Below, piece by piece: positions 60,389 to 64,000 of a stretch of 64,000 nucleotides of DNA. The stretch is from Spirochaetia bacterium (GTDB lineage Bacteria > Spirochaetota > Spirochaetia > SZUA-6 > Bin103), in NCBI GenBank assembly GCA_965198005.1, contig CBDAOI010000002.1, positions 416,001 through 480,000 on the forward strand. Reading direction: 5' to 3'. The position numbers were made by a program, and so were the translations under genes. The notes under the pieces are model-generated. The model did no database searches, had not been told where the DNA came from, and saw only the letters and a program-made list of their open reading frames with translations. Each line of letters starts with the position of its first letter. Within the stretch, counting starts at the first letter, position 1.

Positions 60389-61140
60389 CGTTTCTTCCTT
60401 GAATGTTATTTCGAGAGTATTGCGTAGCGGATTGCCGCTCCCTGGCTACTCTGACGCCCGCAACGCGGGCGCGCCCGCCAACGCGGGCGACCAGTCTGAG
60501 TCAAATTCACTGAAAGCGCGCGGCGACCATCCTGTCAACGACTCGGACGTCATCGAACGTTATCGCCAACCGACCACTGCGCTGACTGTCATGATGGCGC
60601 TCCATCCGCATCTGATCAACCCGAATCACAGCAGTTCTCGGTGAACGGGTAGTGGTGGTGGTAGGATGCACCGGCTGCGTTACCGCTAACCGGTGGGAGC
60701 GCTGGGACGTGTCGTCACGCATCACGGTGCCCATGAGAACGCAGTCTGCCGCACGCGCGGCAAACAGTCAAGCGGGCATTCAGGTGCCCCCGCCAGCCGG
60801 TGGGAACTCTCCCACACGATCGCCTCATGCCCCGCTCCGCTCCGCGGCCAGCCACTCACCGAGACTAACAGCACAATGAGTATTGGAAGGCTTATTCCGG
60901 CGGTTGTCAAACCTAAATTCGGTGACGTGGATGGGACCCGTTCGGCATCTGCTTCCCTCGCGCCCCCTTCCGTAGAGCTATCTGCTTACTCTGTCATAAA
61001 ATACCGAACACTGCCCGCGTCCCTTCATCCCCAAGAATAGTTCAGTCGATTGCCCTGCGAGGTGTCGGAGGTTGCCCGGACGCGGTATGCGCGGTACCCG
61101 GTCCGACGCAGGCACTAATCAGGGATGATAACGTTCAGCG

Positions 61141-62133
61141 CTACCCGGACAGCGGCTGCGGCGGCGAGTTCATCCGCACCAGCACCTGGTCCCACGACGG
61201 GAACAGGAATAGCCGAAACGTGGCGCGGACCGCGCCCCAGAACTCCCGGCGCGACCCGAACCCAGCCCGCACCTGCTGATACAGACCGTCCACCAGCTCG
61301 AATATCCGGTGCATGAAATAGGCCAGCAGATTGAGCACGAAGAACGCCTCCGACAAGTACTTGTCACCGTGGCCGAAGTTGTGCTCCAGGTGGTAGCCCT
61401 GGTTCTTCAGCGCTTCAGCGCTTCAGCGTATTGAACCCCTCGTTCTCGATCTTCCAGCGTGCTCGTCCCGCACGCACGATCCGGGCTACGCTGCCAGCGG
61501 TCGGCACCAAGTCGGTCACCCAGGCGTTTTGATAGGTGGGCGTGCCGGCACGGACGATGCGGTAGTGCACGAAGTTGATCTTGGGACTGCGGGGGTTGCC
61601 GTTCAGCGGCACCCCAGTAACCCACGTCGATGGTGGAGCGGTGGTCCAGCAGCCGACCGCGGCGCAGCCCGTCGATATCCTGGTACAGGCTTGGTGTGAT
61701 CCTCCGGCTTGGCCACCAGCAGAAACGAGCAGCGGGCGGCGCGCACCTGTTCGATGAACGGTTGCTTGGAGTACGGACTATCGGCGACGATCACCGCAGC
61801 CAGCCGGGGATGGTCGTTACGGATGCGCTGCAAGGCACGGTAGCCGGCTTTTATTTCACAGTCCTGCTTGCGGCGTTTGGCGCTCTTGGCGCCAGAGTCA
61901 TCGGCGTTGTGAATGAACCCGGGAGCCAACGGCAGCACCTGCCGCTTGTCGGGGTGGACGATGGCGGTCTGCAGGATGTCGTGGTGGTAGCGTACGGTGC
62001 CGTTCTTGGTGGCGGTCAGACAGCACTCACGGTTCACCTGGTACGAGCTGAAGTACTGGGAGCCGTCCATGGTGATGAGGTAGCGACCGTCGAGGAACTG
62101 ATAGTGCTGCAGCCATTTGGCGTCCTGCATGCG
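61141..62133 (-). pseudogene. Transposase remnant (ISNCY/IS4-like DDE)
   Basis: MDGSQYFSS, KQDCE.KA, VADS.YS, GRARWKIENEGFNTLK.QGY.LEHNFGHG; frameshifts and deletions. Confidence 0.85.
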
Positions 62134-62209
62134 CCCTATCCAGTCGCCGAAGCAGGCTCTCCTACCGCCGGCTCGCCGATGCGGTCGGCATCTCCCACAA
62201 CAACCTCGC

Positions 62210-62477
62210 CTCCTATGAGGCCGACCGCGTCATGCCCTCGTTCCAGAACGCGGTGAAGCTGTGCCAGTTCTTCAACGTGCCCCTCGAGTATCTGCTGGTC
62301 GGTCAGAAGGCCGCCTTCCGCTATCACGACCTCAGGCTCGCCGAGCTGTTCCTCCAGGCCGATGCGCTGCCGGCCGAGTACCGCACCATCATCAAGGCGT
62401 ACCTGCGCAGCGTGATGACGCACGCGGCCCAGAAGGAGCGCCTGATCGCTCGCGCCGCCGAGCCGGAGCTGCCGTAG
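62210..62477 (+). pseudogene. XRE-family HTH regulator, 5'-truncated
   Basis: ASYEADR.MPSFQN.VKL..FFNV.LEYLL. Confidence 0.65.
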
Positions 62478-62577
62478 GGAGAGGGAACCGAGAGCGCAGA
62501 TCGCGCGAAGAAAGTGCTTGACGGCTGGGAACCGAGTGCGAAAGCGCCTGGCAACCAAGTACCAGGAGGTGCGATCG

Positions 62578-63173
62578 ATGGTGAGCTTTCAGGTTTCCGG
62601 TCAGCCGGCGCTGCGGTTCAAGGTGGCGGCGCGCTCGGTGCTGTTTGCCGGCAGCCGCCGCGGGCAGGTGGAGCAGCCGGTCTGCCGCGCGCTGGTCGAG
62701 CGGTTCCGCCGCCATGGGTTCGGGTTCTTCGTGGGCTGCGCGGCCGGCGTCGATGCGGCGTTCCGCGCGGCGCTGGCCCACTCAGCGTGCGGCCCCGACG
62801 AGGTGTTCGTCGGCTGCGCGTTCGGCCGGCGCGCACGGCGCTGCCGGGCCGAGGGGCTGTTCGCCTCGGCGGTGGTGCCCGAGGGCATCCCGCCCAACGC
62901 AGCGCTGGCGCGGCGCACCCTGTGGCTGGTCAAGCGCAGCTCGCTGGTGGTGCTGTTCCCCGAGCGCCCTGCCGACCGGCAGTGGGGGCCGGCTCGCGGC
63001 ACGTGTTTCGATCGAGTCTCTACCATCTTAAGCCGCTGCTCGTAGTGGCCTCGCGGCCGCCTGCGGCGCCGGCCTACTGCCGGGTGGTTGCTTCCGATCT
63101 GTTCGCCACGGTCGACGGCTACTGGGTGGTGCCGCATACCTTCCGCGACGGGTTCTGCGACGACGAGTACTGA
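62578..63173 (+). CDS. SLOG/DprA-like Rossmann-fold protein, frameshift at ~62985-62992
   Basis: VLFAGSR...VGCAAGVD...LARRT...LVVLF...GS; C-terminus continues in the 62514-63173 frame. Confidence 0.55.
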
Positions 63174-63601
63174 GGGTCCAGATCGGAGCATCGGCTTCCC
63201 GCTGACCGGCAAGGCCACGCCCATGCACAGCCCGGCGCACGCCGACCTGCTCGGTCGCCTTCCGGCCCCCCCTCCGGGCCAGCCCACAGCCCCCGACCTC
63301 GTGTCGTGGTCTGTGGCCGTATGCCAGCCGTGGCGCCAGGGAGGGCGCCACGGGTGGAGGTCACTGATTACGGACTCTGCCGCGGCCGATGAAGCGGCGA
63401 CGCCACCGTGATCCGCGCCGGCACCACCGGCCAACCGTCACTAGCGGTGCGCCCGCGACATCAGCACAATGGCGACACCCGTGATCCGGCAAAAGGGCCC
63501 ATTGGCCGATTCAGAACGTGTCCGAAGGCCCCTTGTTCGCGGAGGAGGTGGGTTAGCCAATCTCCGAAACGAGTTGGCTTGCTCCTTGGTGTTGCGGCGG
63601 C

Positions 63602-63925
63602 TCATCCGTCGTGGGCGACGGGCTGGATTGCCTCGAGCTCCTGACTCAACTCGTCTCGGCGATTACGCACGTCGATCTCGTTCTGCAGGTTCAGCCAGAA
63701 TCTCTCACTCGTACCGAAGAGGCGCGCCAGCCTCAACGCCATGTCGACCGAGAGGCGGCGGCGCCCGTGGACTAGGTCAAGTATCGAACTTGTGGCCACC
63801 CGCAGCTCTTTCGCAAGGCGGTAGGGCGTCATCCCCAGTGGCTGAAGAAACTCTTCCTGGAGGATTTCGCCCACCGTCGGCGTCGGGATTTTCCCCGCCA
63901 ACGCGGGCCTATAAGTCGTAGCCAT
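63602..63925 (-). CDS. higA: HigA-family addiction module antitoxin
   Basis: GEIL.EEFL.PLG.T.Y.LA, DMALRL.R.FGTS..FWLNLQ. Confidence 0.92.
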   Translation of the reverse strand: MATTYRPALAGKIPTPTVGEILQEEFLQPLGMTPYRLAKELRVATSSILDLVHGRRRLSVDMALRLARLFGTSERFWLNLQNEIDVRNRRDELSQELEAIQPVAHDG

Positions 63926-63939
63926 GGCGCGACACCTCG

Positions 63940-64000
63940 CTAATGGTAATCTTCGATTCCGACGTCAGAGGCGTGACCCGCTCGGAACCGAAAGCAGATT
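63940..64000 (-). CDS. higB: HigB/RelE toxin 3' end (partial)
   Basis: ICFRFRAGHASDVGIEDYH*, upstream of higA. Confidence 0.8.
   Translation of the reverse strand, partial: ICFRFRAGHASDVGIEDYH

Noticed and set aside
60700-61100. AT-richer ORF 60693-61040
   Set aside because: No motif, RBS or codon-bias support on either strand.

Overview
High-GC bacterial window with no rRNA, tRNA or CRISPR array that I could recognise. The ankyrin lipoprotein, the expanded Dpp/Opp-like ABC substrate-binding proteins (SBPs) with spirochaete-style 'LWA-(S/A)..EE' signal peptides and the many toxin-antitoxin (TA) modules suggest a host-associated (e.g. sponge-symbiont) Spirochaetota-like genome; this is inference only. 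The intact backbone comprises guaD, RidA, an FNR-type reductase, mnmG, mnmE, queG, IscA/HesB, an NfeD + two-flotillin operon, PPK2, two SDRs, a long (ICL2-type) isocitrate lyase, an LLM oxidoreductase, a RhlE helicase and three SBP-dppB(-dppC) loci. Between these lie about eleven TA or TA-like modules, AAA ATPases, two decayed IS elements, a group II intron RT scrap and many gene fragments joined by microhomology deletions and short tandem duplications. Best candidates for something new: (1) an orphan phage-like Cro/CI switch between mnmE and mnmG. Its S24 domain has lost both catalytic residues, and its 39-bp operator-like box recurs at the same distance from a TTGAC -35 in front of the ankyrin lipoprotein gene. 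(2) A two-hairpin leader motif with compensatory base changes upstream of all four SBP starts, a candidate cis-regulatory RNA. (3) SBP paralogues with near-identical flanks but divergent AT-richer cores, with promoter/leader/poly-G modules upstream. Some fragmentation and frameshifts could be assembly or long-read artefacts.
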